Shown here: positions 49,545 through 62,715 of the stretch, piece after piece
Position numbering within the stretch: position 1 is the first letter of the stretch
Layout of the letters: each line of letters begins with the position of its first letter
Assembly: GCA_964247055.1 (NCBI GenBank)
Contig: OZ176054.1
Location: forward strand, 12,214,001 to 12,278,000
Source of the DNA: Paragordius varius
Lineage: Eukaryota > Animalia > Nematomorpha
Reading direction: 5' to 3'
Length of the DNA stretch: 64,000 nucleotides
Made by a program: the position numbers and the translations under genes
Notes under the pieces: model-generated
Database searches by the model: none
What the model saw: only the letters and a program-made list of their open reading frames with translations
What the model was told of the DNA's origin: nothing

Positions 49545-52500
49545 CTACCATCCCCCACTCTCAGCCCAATTGCCCATGCCCGGCTGATAGGTTTCGAGGG
49601 AAGAAGGGTCAGGCTGTTGTTGTCCCAGCTGTTGCTGAGGAGGTCGTTCACCCCATTTTTGATGAGCGGCACCAGCAGTCAGCTGTGGATTGGGAGGTCC
49701 ACCATGATATGCACCATACCCAGCTGCTGCTGCTGCAGAAGGAGGAGGTGGACCATATGATCCAAGACCAGCTGATGGCGGAGCATTCCAATCATCCATG
49801 ACAACCATACCACCATGTTGGGGTGGTATGTTGTGGGGAGGGGGTGCCCCTTTTTTAGAAAAAAAAATTAAAAATGAAAATAAATCATTTACACTTAAAT
49901 TCATGACCCTAAGATTAATCAGGTGTTTTAGGGTAATATAACTCATCATTAATATGAAATATTTCTTTATAACTAAGTGTATTATTTTTTATGTATCATG
50001 TTGTTAATAAACGTTTCCTTTTCAATTATCAAAAAATAAAGGTAACTTTTGATATTACAAAAAAAATTTAGGGTAAATTTAAATTTTTAAGAGTGCATAT
50101 CAAATGTTCAATAATTTTGTGGTGTAAATGATATATATATATATATATATAAACAAAAGATACACAAAACATTTTTTTAAAACCACACTTCTGAGAATAA
50201 TATAAAAAAAGAATATACCTCTCATAAGACCAGCAGCGGGGCCAGTTCCTGGGTGTTGCATTACCCCAGGAGGGCCAGCAAGACCCATTTGTTGTGGCTG
50301 ATGTTGGGGATGAAATATCCCAGGTCCCAAATCATCAGCAGCCATGTGAGGTACCGCTCCACCCCAATTTGCCCCTCCACCGTGGTGTTGCATCATACCG
50401 CCGGCGGTTGGTAGTGAGCCCGTGGGTGCCCCACCTAAAATTTATTTTATATTCAAGTATTTTTTGAACAAAAAATAGGGCGAATGGATGTAGTTAAGGA
50501 ATGGGAAACACATTATATGATATTTATTTTTTCTTACAAATTAGTTGGATACATATTTTTAGATAAAATTATCTTTTATCCAAAAGTTGTCAAAAGCATG
50601 AAAATGCCAAGAAATAAGAAAACTAACACTCAAAATGAATTTACAGCTACATTTTTTTTTAACTAATCAATATAAAAAAGGCAGATAGAAAAACAGTTCC
50701 GCGTCTTTTTTATATACATTTCTCAGTTTTATATGATAGATATATATATATATATATAGCTCACCAAAAGCCGCAATTGGAGAATCAGGAGGTGCTTGCT
50801 GTTGTTTCGGTCCTCCCCCAGCAGCTGAGTGCAAAACAGCTGATGTCGGCATAAAAGATGGCGTAACGCCCATCATCTGATCATCAGCTGACATCATATG
50901 GCTTGTTGTCTTATCAGCTGTAAGGGAGGCGCCTGACACAGGCCCACCACTAGCTTCCATAAGGGCATCTTTTTCAACCTTTTTTGTAAAAAGAGATATA
51001 TAATGAAAATTTAGTTACATTATGTTTCATATATATATCAGATTAAATTTTGAATAACTTTTTTTCCTATCTTATTTTATATTTAGTTAAAACTTTCTTT
51101 TAGGACTGTATTTTGATACCAGAATCACATTTATTTGAAAAAATCGTTATGTCAATTACCTATATATATTGCAGTATTTAAAGTAAAACACTATCAACTT
51201 TATTGTTGTTTGATTCGCAATACAATAATAACGAATTGTGTCCATAATTAAATATTTAATGTGGTACGATAGCAACAAATTGTTTTTTAGGCATTTGTTG
51301 TTTTTTATCGTTGCCAATTGGTCAAAAATAATGTGAAACAACAATAAAACTCAAATTAACTTTTATTACCTTATCTTATTTTTGTGATAAATAAACTGTA
51401 TTTTTTAACCAAACTTGCATATTGAACAATAAATATCCAAAGTTTTCAATCACAAGCAAAATATGCATCTAGGAAAATAAAAATTAATTTAAATACTAAT
51501 ACTACTACCTCTTCCGGTTCACGATAAAAGAACAAATCAGGCATAACACTCCATTCCTGGTCACGTGGGATGGTTCCACGAAACTTCAATACTTCCCGTG
51601 CCAAAAGCCAATACATTAGGCCGATACATTGAACACCCTATAATGTGTTATATATATATATACAATTCCGTAGAGTTTAATAACTTTATTTTAGAAAGTT
51701 TGTAAAATTATGACTGTTTTTAGCAATGGGAAAATTGAGAAAAATTAGGTATGAAGAGTAAGAAATTCACCACGGCTTCTATCAATTATCAAATAATTTT
51801 CATTCTTACATTCTGAGATGTTGGTGAAATAATATCAAAACAAACTTGACAAACTTTCTAAATCCAAACCAAATTCAACCATCTAATTTAGCTATAAAAA
51901 GCTTTTTTATGCGTATGTTGTAAAAAAATACCTTATTATTGCATGGGATAGCCACATCAACGTACTTCATAGGTGATTCCGCATTGCAAAAAGCAATGAC
52001 AGGAATGTTAACACAGGCCGCTTCCATCAAAGGTTGGTGATCGACATACGGATCCGAAATGATAAGCAACAAAGGTTCACGAAAGTTTTTTTGGATTTGA
52101 TTCGTAAATGTACCTGTTTAAGCAGAAGAAAAATTAAATGTTAATTGATTTTGGAACAAAATTAATAAAAAATTTAAATAAGAAGACAAAACATTTTATA
52201 TAGTCAATTTACCTATATACTATGCGTTTACTTAAATATTTTAATGTATAAATCTCGGTACTTGATTCTTTTTGCATTATAACAATAGTAGAGTATATAA
52301 AATTGAGTGTTAACAAAATTTAGATATTTGCTAAATATTTAATAACTTAAACGTTAGGTCGTATTAAAAAAAGTAAAATGATAAGAAGATATTTGTTTAA
52401 AAAACCTTTATATTATTACTGTAATCCAAAAATGTTTACCTGGTGTAAAACGTCCAGCAATTGGAGTAGCCCCAGTATAAGAAGCAAATTTCAGGATGGC

Positions 52501-52825
52501 TCTTTGACTTTTAACGTACGAGGATATGACAAAAACATCAGATGGATTCTTGATAGCCACAATAGCGCGGGCAGCTAATAAAATCTTTTCCCAAGTTTTT
52601 CTCAAATTAAAAATATGTGTACCAGCTAAAAAATATATATATAATTAATTTAAAGATTATTTGAAATAAAATATTCCAAAATATCAATCACTTACTCTGA
52701 GACCGTTTGTACACATATTGTTCCATTTGATAATCCAAATTCTCTGATCCTGTATGAGCACTAACGGCCAACAATTTTAGCATATCATCGCTTTTGAGAG
52801 ATAAGGTTTCTAATCCACTTGACAT
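49545..52825 (-). CDS. RPSA: 40S ribosomal protein SA (uS2) with long low-complexity C-terminal extension. Exons 52825-52696, 52625-52440, 52113-51932, 51637-51509, 50978-50765, 50434-50219, 49849-49545 (453 aa)
   Basis: Core [61 protein letters not shown]. The three tail exons splice in phase; the tail assignment is less certain than the core. Confidence 0.92.
49883..50105. mobile_element. Old degenerate MITE family A copy in the last RPSA intron
   Basis: CATTTACACTTAAATTCA start and shared core (aatataactcatcattaatatgaaatat). Confidence 0.6.
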
Positions 52826-52952
52826 GTTGATGTAATTACGATACGAATTTAAAATATCATATGAATTCAGGAAATAATATGATACAGATGTTTTAATTGT
52901 TCGGTTTCGCACGCTTTTGTAATTTAAATTATTTAATTTGTATTTTATTATC
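52826..52952. promoter_or_regulatory. Inferred bidirectional promoter region RPSA/GRWD1 (127 nt)
   Basis: Inferred only from the divergent start codons. Confidence 0.55.
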
Positions 52953-55900
52953 ATGGTTCTTAAACCAAAAAAGGGTTTGAAAAATGCAAAGGCCGGTAAA
53001 AAAAGTAAAACTACTATGCTTGAACCAGAAGCATTTGATGAACCTGAATATGACGAGTCGGTTTATGAATTTTTACTGAATTTTACCCCAAGTAACTCAA
53101 AAATATTTTATAAATTATAGAAACATCTTGTTTAAGTTTTAACAATATACCAGATAATATAAATACTAATAAAGAAATTAATTACCCTTTAACCACATAT
53201 ATGGTTACTGGGACACAGGTTTATTTTTGCCCATAATTATAATATTATAGAACCCTGTAGTAAACAAAAATTCCATAATAGTTTTAAAACTAAGTAACAT
53301 ACATTCGTCCGCTCAAAGCCAAAAATCTAATCGTGATTCCGATTCAGATTCGAGTTCTAGCGATGATGAATCAACATCGGATAAAAAATCAAATTCCATA
53401 TTTTCTTACGAACCCAAATTTCAATCTGCTGTCATTCAACATAGAGGTGCCATCAACCGATTAAAAGTAATATCTTTTAAACCATACAATTGGGATCTAA
53501 AACTAGAATATACATGTGATACGTTAAATTTAATATTTGAAAAACTAAAGCAGTAATGTATTTTATGGCTCTTAATTATTTATTAAGAATTAGTTTTTTT
53601 TATTTTGGCTATGAATATCATCTGCAAATGTGTCAAACAGCTATGTAATTTTTATCCGTATTATATGGTGCATAGCCCTCTTAAGCCAAGATAAAAAATT
53701 TTGTGGGCCTTTTTTTTCATGATTACCCCTGATATAAAGTAATAGTGACATTTTTTCCTAACTCGTTTAATTTTTTTATAACATAGGATAATTATTTACC
53801 CCACAAATCAATAATTTCTCCTATAGATATAAATCCAACCAGCAAATTTATATTTATTGATTATTTTTAAGGGTTGAGTTTTATTTTTGAAAATAATTAT
53901 AAAATTAACGAAAGTTTTTGAGATATGATCCCTTTCATAACCTTTTTATTTCACAATGTATATTGTCTATATTAAAAACAGAAGTCCTGCTCGAAAATTT
54001 GTGCAAGTTTTTATCTTCATTTTTATGAATCTTTTGATTTAATATAATTGAATAAATATGGTTTAAAGGAGGGCTGCATTTGAAAATGTATATGAGCATT
54101 TATAAATAATTTATTACATTTCAAACATAAGACAATGCAAAATGAAAACAAAATGTACCTACCCTTTTTTTCTCGTTCTTGCTATTTGGATAAACTTATT
54201 TAGAATAAAATTGTCTAAATTTTACTAAGATTTTATGAGCATGTTTTTGCAAATTATGGATTCCAAAATTTTCGTGGGCTAGGTGTTGGCCACCCTTTGG
54301 TTTATTTAAAGTTATAAACAATTTTAAGAGTATTTATAATGGTTTTGAACCGAAACCCGGTTCCTGTACCGCCCCCTTAATTACTGGTTCCCATATGATT
54401 TTTATTATTTAAATTTGATTGTACCACTCTACATATTACATACGTCAAACTTTAAACCTAAAACTAAGCGCCTAATATTATATTAGCAAAACTCTCTGAA
54501 TTTTGGGCGATTCGCTTTTCTAAAAAAAAGGTATAGTCATAAGTCGAGTTTATTTATAAAACATATGTCCGTATATATATATATATATAGGTCTCCGTTG
54601 AAAGGATATTTTCATCCTTAATTTTGTTTTCAGACCTGAGAAGCCGTTTGACCAACTAATTGCTTGATGCAATAATTTTTTAAATTTAAATAAAGATTTT
54701 TTTAGATGCCATACTTTATTTAACACTCATTTTATACCTTTGTACTTTTACATTTTTCTATTATATTTTTATAATTTGTTGCATTTATTATGCTACACTA
54801 TTTTTCCTTCACTATATATTTGACAATTTATAATAAATTATTTGATTTACTATATAATTGTTAATATTTTGGTTTTATTATTATTATAATAATATTTTGC
54901 AAGAAAATCATTTAATCAAAAGTCAGGAATCGAAAATGGAACCGAGCAAAATGTAAAGAACCGGTTCTAAACCATAGTATTTATGTATTGGCACACAAAT
55001 TTTTTTTGGCAAAAACACCACATAACCCTATTTTTTTTTATAAATTTTTATTTTTCAAGCGGCATAAATTGGTGGTTGTTTTGATAGATGGTTAATTTAT
55101 TTCCCTCTCCCCCCCCCCCCCTTTTTACCAAATTTATCCCTTGAAATATATATGTATATATATATACCATTTACAGTTCAAATTCACCTTTAAACAATTC
55201 AAATTCACCCTTAAACAATTCAAATTCACCTTAAAATAAATTTTGTGTTTTTTAAACATTAAAAAATACCTATATTTTATATATTTTTTAAAAATAAATA
55301 TTTTGTTCTAAATTAAAATAATACTGAAAAAATAATAAAATAAACATATATTTCATATTAATGATAAGTTATATTAGCCCAAAAACATATAAATTATTTT
55401 TAGGGTGAATTTGAATTGTTTGAGGGGTTGTTTAAAGGTGAATTTGAATTGTTCAAGGGTGAATTTGAATTGTTCAAGGGTGAACTTGAATTGTAAATGT
55501 TATATATATATATATAATTAGTATAACCAAATTGATGAGAATGCCCTGGTTGCCACCTGGTCTGAAACTAAAAGCATTCACATATGGAATTTAAATGCGG
55601 CCCTTATTTCAATCAATGATGAACGTTACTCTTATACCTATAGGAAAGAGTTGATATCTAATAAAAATAATGCGCCATCAAAATCAAATGATGATACAAA
55701 TCAGCTGAGTTTATTTCGAAGTAAACCCATTCAAACTTTTTCGGGACATTTGGAGGAAGGGTTTGCCCTAGATTGGAGTACAGTTAAAAAAGGTGTGAAC
55801 AACTTTTTATTCTCTTAAAATTTTTTTTCTTAAAATTCTACAAACTACGAAATAATCATTGTTTGGTGCGAAAAAAAAGTTGTTTTAACAACTAATAATA

Positions 55901-58875
55901 CTTTTTGTGTGTGTGTTTAGTTACTTATATTAGCGAATAATAATAATTTATTTTAGAATGATATGATGTAATATCAGCAAATTAATAATAAATTTATTAA
56001 AGAATTTTCGATAGATTCCTCTAATTTCTTCGGATCAACATAAAAAAAAATTAAAATAAAGATACAAAATAAAATTATAAAATATTTTATAAAAATAAAG
56101 ATTTATATCTATTTATGAAAAATTCCGTAAATGGGTTGATATAATTAATTAATTTTTGTCGGTTTATTAATTTATCTTCAATATTTATATAAACTTTCTA
56201 TTAATAATCTTTTGGTGTCATTTTTTTCTTTATTCCGAAGTTAGAGGAATCTAACGAAAATTTATTAATAAATTTATTATTAATTTGCTGATATTACTTC
56301 ATATCATTCTAAAACATACTGATTCAGCCTAATGCATAATAATTTATTTATTGAAATACCAAATTTAAAATACAGTAGTCAAGAATTTTACTTGGGATCT
56401 CATGTTCCATTATAAGTGATGATTTACATCAATTTATAATTTCGTTAATTTTCTTTTTTAATATTAAAGCTTTGGAATAGGTTTTTTAACTGGTCAGAAT
56501 TTAGTCTTTTTAATTTAAAAAATGATTGTTTGATGGCAACTTTTTAGCTTAATGTAAAATATTTTTATATATAATGGCTTTATTCGTATTTTTTGATAAG
56601 TTTGCTTTCTAAAAACAAAAACTTTTTACCATAAAATATTCATTTTGTTAGTTGCAAAAGAAAATTTGTAAATTGGGTTTAATTTTTGACCAGTTATAGC
56701 TGTTATTTTCAGATGGTTTGCTTTGTATGTTGTACAATAAAAAAAATGTTTTATAACGGCTATAGTATTTTCATTAATTTTGTGAAAAAAAGTTTGCTTA
56801 TTCAGTGTGTGTATTAAAAAATTAAAGGAAAGGGTGTATTTTTTAATTTTGGAAATGAGTTTTTTTAAAAATACAAATACAATTATGTAGAAAAGTTTTG
56901 AAAAGTTTTATTATCAACAATGTTGGTATTTTTAGGTAGATTAGCTACTGGAGATAATAAAGGACATATCCATGTGTGGGATTTGTTGGAAAACACAACT
57001 AGCTGGAAAGTGGATCAAATCCCATATGTTTCACATAAAAGTTCGGTTGAGGATATACAATGGTCCCCTAGTGAACCCGAAGTAATTTTTATAAAATAAA
57101 TCGGGTTTTTTTTGTTTATATTTAAAAAAAGATTATTTTTTTTGGTATTATGAAAATCAAGGGCATAGATATTTAAGCGATATTTTTTCCTATAACCTAT
57201 AAAAAAAGATGGTAGAATAGTTTTAGGCTTAGTTTAGGTGTTCTACTTACTTAAAAACGGTATGGCATTATCTATATTTTATGTTATATATATATTACAT
57301 TTGAAAGTTGATACTACAATCATAAAAATTATTTTTTGACTACAGTTATTAAAAATAATTATTAACTCTTATTTTATCTTCTTTTTTTCCGATGAAATTC
57401 ACCATTTGTTATGATAAAACAATTAGAAAAAAACATTTTTTACTTTCATTATTTTATTTTATTATTTGCAGGTTTTTACATCATCTTCCCTTTAGATTTT
57501 AATATTAAAATTTGGCAAACTTGTTCGGACGCTATGCTATAAATAATTTTCTTTGGAGTAAATTTAGATAAATGCTTTAATCAAACCCAAAAAATATTGG
57601 TAATTTGCACAGTCAAATCTTTTTTGCGAATTTTTTGTGAAAACTTTTTTTTACCTCTTTTTTGGTGCGATTTAGTTACGCGCCAATCAAAACACCTTGA
57701 CAAAATAACTCCTCAGGCAAATAGGAATTGTTTTGGTAAAAAAAATTTTTTTGTTCAGTTTTTAGGCTTAACTGTTTTATATGTTTTAGAAAGCTTAACC
57801 ACAGATTTTTTTTCCATGTTTTTCAGATTTTACCATATAAAAATCCACCATTTAGTGAACATTGTATTATATATTGTTTTCAGGAGACGGACATTAAAAG
57901 AGTTTGTTAATGTATGAAAAGCTAAACACATATATATTGTACAAAAAAATTGCAAAGTTAACGGAAATTTTGATTAATTAAAAAATATGTTGATATATAT
58001 ATTTGGGGGAAATATATTCTTTGAAAAAAAAATAATTTAATTTTCGTAAAATTTATAAAATGCAATTATATCCAAAACTTTCGATACATGCTATTTGAAC
58101 TAAAACAATATAGAAATAATATTGTAAAACTCTATATATTATCCATGTTTCAAAAATATTGGATATAATTCAATTTAATATTGCCAGATTTTTAATATAT
58201 ATATATATTTATTTATACATTGTGGGCAAAAAAGAAGGTTAATTTTCTGCAACAAAAAAATTTTTTTAATGATATTATAACTTAATACCAGCAAATTCAT
58301 TTGCCGTAAAATTTATTTATTTGTTGACAAAAACCTAGTTTTTGAAATAAAAAATTATTTTGTTAAGAAAATTTTTGCATACATTATATAATTATACCAT
58401 TTACAATTCAATTTCACCCTTAAACAATTCAAATTCACCCTCAAATAAAATATATGTTTTATTAGATTAAAAATTACCTATATTTTATATATTTTTAAAA
58501 AATAAAAATTTTGTTTTAAATTAAAATAATACTGAAAAAATAATAAACTATACCATAAACATATATTTCATATTAATAATGAGTTATATTAGTTCAAAAA
58601 CACATAATTTATTTTTAGGGTGGAATTGTTCAAAGGTGAATTTGAATTGTTTAAGGGTGAATTTGAACTGTAAATGGTATATATATATATTTATACATTG
58701 TGTGCAAAAAAGAAGGTTAATTTTTTTAACACAAAATTTTTTTTTTCAAATGAGATAGCTTATTACCAGCGAATTCATTTGCCGTAAAAATTATTTATTT
58801 ATTGACAAAAACCTAGTTTTTGAAATAAAAAATTATTTTTGTAAAAAATTTTTTGCACATATATATTATATATAT

Positions 58876-58922
<47 letters not shown>

Positions 58923-60868
58923 ACCATTTACAATTCAATTTCACCCTTGAACAATCCAAATTCACCCTCAAATAAAATATATGTTTTATTAGATTAAAAA
59001 TTACCAATATTTTTATATATTTTTAAAAAATAAAAATTTTGTTGTAAATTAAAATAATACTGAAAAAATAATAAACTATACCATAAACATATATTTCATA
59101 TTAATAATGAGTTATATTCGTTCAAAAACACATAATTTATTTTTAGGGTAAATTGTTCAAAGGTGAATTTAAATTGTTGGAGAGTGAATTTGAATTGTTC
59201 GAGGGTGAATTTGAATTGTTCAAGGGTGAATTTGAACAGTAAATGGTATATAAATATAAATATATATATTTATACATTGTGTGCAAAAAAGAAGGTTAAT
59301 TTTTTCAACAAAAAAATTTTTTTTAATGAGATAGCTTATGACCAGCAAAGCGAATTCATTTGCCGTAAATTTTATTTATTTATTGACAAAAATTTAGTTT
59401 TTTGAAATAAAAAAATTATTTTGTTTATAGGTTTTTGCATCATGTTCCTCAGACTGTAGTATAAAGATTTGGGATTGTCGCGCCCCTAGACCTAATGCCG
59501 CAATGTTAACTAATGGCCAGGCCCATGAGACTGATGTTAATGTTATAGGGTGGAATCGTATTGAACAATACTTTTTACTTTCAGGGGCTGATGATGGCTC
59601 TATCAAAGTTTGGGATTTACGCGAATTTAAAGTAAAAAATTTTTATAAGTTAATAAAAAAAAGGAAAGAAATATAATAGAGAACCATATATTTTACATCC
59701 TGATTATATTATTTACCTCACTACATATCTTAATTTTAAATCAATCTTGGAAAATTATCAAAAACTTATGGGTTTTTATATCAACAAAAATATATTATTT
59801 TTTTTTTTTAACTTGCCACTTTTAATTTGTAACGTAAGTCGAGGAAAATTGAAATATCGCACAATTTGGTTACCATGGTAATGCAATAACCTTGATAGAA
59901 TGGTAAAATACTCATTTTTCGTTCGTGGATAGACAATCAATTGTAAACTTTATCTAGATTAGATGATAAAACTGCGGTTATTTAGTTTACGTATACATCA
60001 TATATATAGGAAAATCGGCCTATCGCAGAATTTCGTTACCATAGCGATGCAATAACCTCGATTGAATGGAAACCGGATGAAAGCTCTGTATTTGCAGCGT
60101 CCAGTGCAGATGATAAATTAACTGTTTGGGATTTGAGTCTTGAACGGGATGAACAAGCTCTCCTGCAAACTTGCAAGGAAAAACAAAAAGAAACTCAAAA
60201 ATTGATTATTAACAATTGTGATGACGTTGAGGATAAAGTTATTGAAGAAAATGAGACCCTAAATCAACATAATGGTAAAAATCTATAATTTTTTTTATTT
60301 TCCTTTGTAAATTTATAAAAAATACGATATTGTTTGGCATGAAAATGCGAAAAAAAACTTTTTTTGTGAGAATATATATGTATACATATATATATATATA
60401 TATATATAACACAACTTTGTGAAAAAGGGTAGTTTAGACGTTAGAACAATATATAATAGGCTCGATATGATTTTTTTCTTGATGATAATTTAAATTCACC
60501 ACATATTTAGGTATTATTATATTATTGGATCGTACAGCAGAAAAAAATTTAAACAACAGTGTAATTTTAATTAAAATGTAGTGTATCACAAAAGTTAACA
60601 TTTTTATGACTAAAAAGAATTTAAAGGTTTGTGTTTTGAGAAAGAAGTTTAACTGTATTTTGGTGTATTATATTTAGCATTAAAGACTCAAGTTGACAAA
60701 GAAATTGAAGAACTCAAAACGTTAGATAATGAAATCCCACCTTACTTGCTTTTCGTTCATGAGGGCCAAAAAGAGATTAAGGAATTACATTGGCATCCAC
60801 AAATCCCTGGACTTATAATCGATACAGCTCTAACTGGAATCAACCTTTTTAAAACTATAAATGTTTAA
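52953..60868 (+). CDS. GRWD1: Glutamate-rich WD repeat protein GRWD1/Rrb1. Exons 52953-53091, 53121-53218, 53251-53466, 55522-55792, 56936-57081, 59431-59631, 60010-60274, 60678-60868 (508 aa)
   Basis: YDESVY, SCLSF, GTQ, acidic linker, [79 protein letters not shown]. Confidence 0.95.
55167..55499. mobile_element. MITE family A copy ending about 20 nt before a GRWD1 acceptor
   Basis: TIRs and 21-bp repeats. Confidence 0.9.
55950..56315. mobile_element. Foldback-like element with ~80-bp inverted arms
   Basis: ttagaatgatatgatgtaatatcagcaaattaataataaattt...tcgga versus tccga...aaatttattattaatttgctgatattacttcatatcattctaa. Confidence 0.7.
57472..57540 (+). pseudogene. Decayed duplicate of GRWD1 exon 6 start (pseudo-exon)
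   Basis: After a strong acceptor (ttatttgcag) it reads VFTSSS-[frameshift]-DFNIKIWQ...AML, versus the real [15 protein letters not shown]...AML at 59431. Confidence 0.6.
58214..59420. repeat. Composite array X-A-X-A-X: MITE A (58397-58677, 58924-59246) alternating with ~170-bp element X
   Basis: Three X copies begin TATACATTGTG(T/G)GCAAAAAAGAAGGTTAA (58214, 58692, 59271). A related X copy lies at ~33420-33520. Confidence 0.85.
59844..59985 (+). pseudogene. Decayed duplicate of GRWD1 exon 7 start
   Basis: gaaaattgaaatatcgcacaatttggttaccatggtaatgcaataaccttgatagaatgg versus gaaaatcggcctatcgcagaatttcgttaccatagcgatgcaataacctcgattgaatgg at 60010; contains TGA. Confidence 0.7.
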
Positions 60869-62715
60869 ATATTGTGTTGTCTATTGCGTGCAAAATATTA
60901 TTATAATAATTATTTTATTTAGATATATATATGATGATATATATCCGAATAAATTATATAATTAGATAGGAATAATAATAGCACTAGACAAGAAATTTTT
61001 TTAAGTGCCATTTTGGTAAATTTAAAATTTATTTCATTAAAGCACATAAATAGTATACCTGAAAAAGAAAATTAGTTCAATACTAAGAATTTTTTATTAT
61101 TAGTATTTTTGGAAATTTTTTGGCTCCCATTTAATATTAACCTCAAAATTTATTAAAAGTTTTTAATATAGAACCATGTATTTTATATCATTCGAAAGAG
61201 CTCGAAAAACTGTATCTTTTGAATGGTAGTAAGTAATTTAAATTATTTGATGTAAAAGCTATTTGGGGTTATATGGTCAAAATTTTCAACCCTTATATAA
61301 GTCAAAAAAATTTACAGACAAACTAAATTTAAATTATTTTAATATAATTAGGGTACATTAGTATTTAATTTTAAAAAAATTTATCAAAACTTTTGATATG
61401 CTTTTTTAATAATATTTTTATCTTAATTATTTTACCTAGTGGATACAAAAATGCATTGTTATGACTGTAAGTTGTTACATAATGGCTATAACAGATCAAG
61501 AATACCTTAAACTATATTTCTAGTCTTTAAATTTTGGAAATTATTAACTTTCTAATGAAAATTAATTAATAATATGATGGTATGTATTCAAAAAAAATAT
61601 ATTAAAAATGGCTGTTTGGAAGGACATAAAAGCAATAATTAAGCGTTTTGAAAAATGTTTCTTGTGTTATCTTTTTTGATTCATTGCCATCTACACAAAG
61701 TTTGATCTAATGTCATCCATTAGTTTTAAATTTATATTTTTTACCTTTTTTGCTGCATGATTCAAATTTTTTAAAAAAATGTAAAGTAAAAAAATATCAT
61801 CTCAAACCTTTTCTCCGCCATTTTTTCTTCCAATATTTTTTACTTTGCTGATACAACAGGGAGTATGTGTAATATGGTTAAAAATGCAAATAATAAACTA
61901 AAACCACACAGAAATGAAAAATATGAGATTAACGGGGCCTATATACTGACCCCGAAACCGGATTGGTGGTTCTCAAAATTCAAAAAGTTTAAAATTTTGA
62001 AATTGGACCCAAAATGGTTCATGAGAAAAGCGAATTGATATCGGGTTGGTTACTAATTCAAGTAAAACCCTCACCAAAGCGATTGCACTTCGAGGACCAA
62101 TTGAAGTGTTTAAAAACCAAATATAAATGTTTAAGGACTAGCTTTAAGTGTTAAAGGACAATCTTGAAGTTCAAATGGTTTAAGTACCGGTTTCGTTCCA
62201 GCTTGGACCTACATGGCTTCCTTACCAATTTATAAGATGCCCTCAATTCCAACTTCAAAATTTCGCCCCTCAAATTTTCGAGACCATCTCACCGTTTTCG
62301 TACCACATATTTGTTTATTTTTCAAATAATAATTATAAAATACTAAAAATTTCATTAAGCACTGATTGATTTTGTTAAAAACATGGATATATATTCAAAT
62401 TTGGAAGTCATTCTCGATTATATTTCATTCTTCTAATGATGAAAGATGGAATAGTTAAAGCATTTTTTAATTTATTAAAAGTAAGTTCCGTCTAGAGCTG
62501 ATCCTCTTAAACTTTTGTTCCCGACGCCATTTATGATTGCGAATTTCTTAACGACCCCAACAAATATAAAAGAAAAATAATAGTTTCTTCGAAATAACAC
62601 CTAGAAATTTTAATGATAATATCTATCAAGATTTTTTCGGTTTTAAGAGATTGACAAAAATCAATCTACATTTTTTAATTTCTATAACATTTTCTGATTT
62701 CTGTGAATTTATATA

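Noticed and set aside
49545-50960. Separate GW182/TNRC6-like gene
   Set aside because: The exons splice in phase onto the RPSA core (EE|VEK), have no own start or promoter space, and show no RRM or UBA domain.
51266-51312. Intronic hairpin or snoRNA in RPSA introns
   Set aside because: The stem is imperfect and AT-rich, with no convincing C/D or H/ACA boxes by eye. An Infernal/Rfam scan would be needed.
61440-61930. Hydrophobic minus-strand stretches resembling GPCR helices
   Set aside because: They are short and broken by stops, and AT-rich DNA yields hydrophobic translations by chance.
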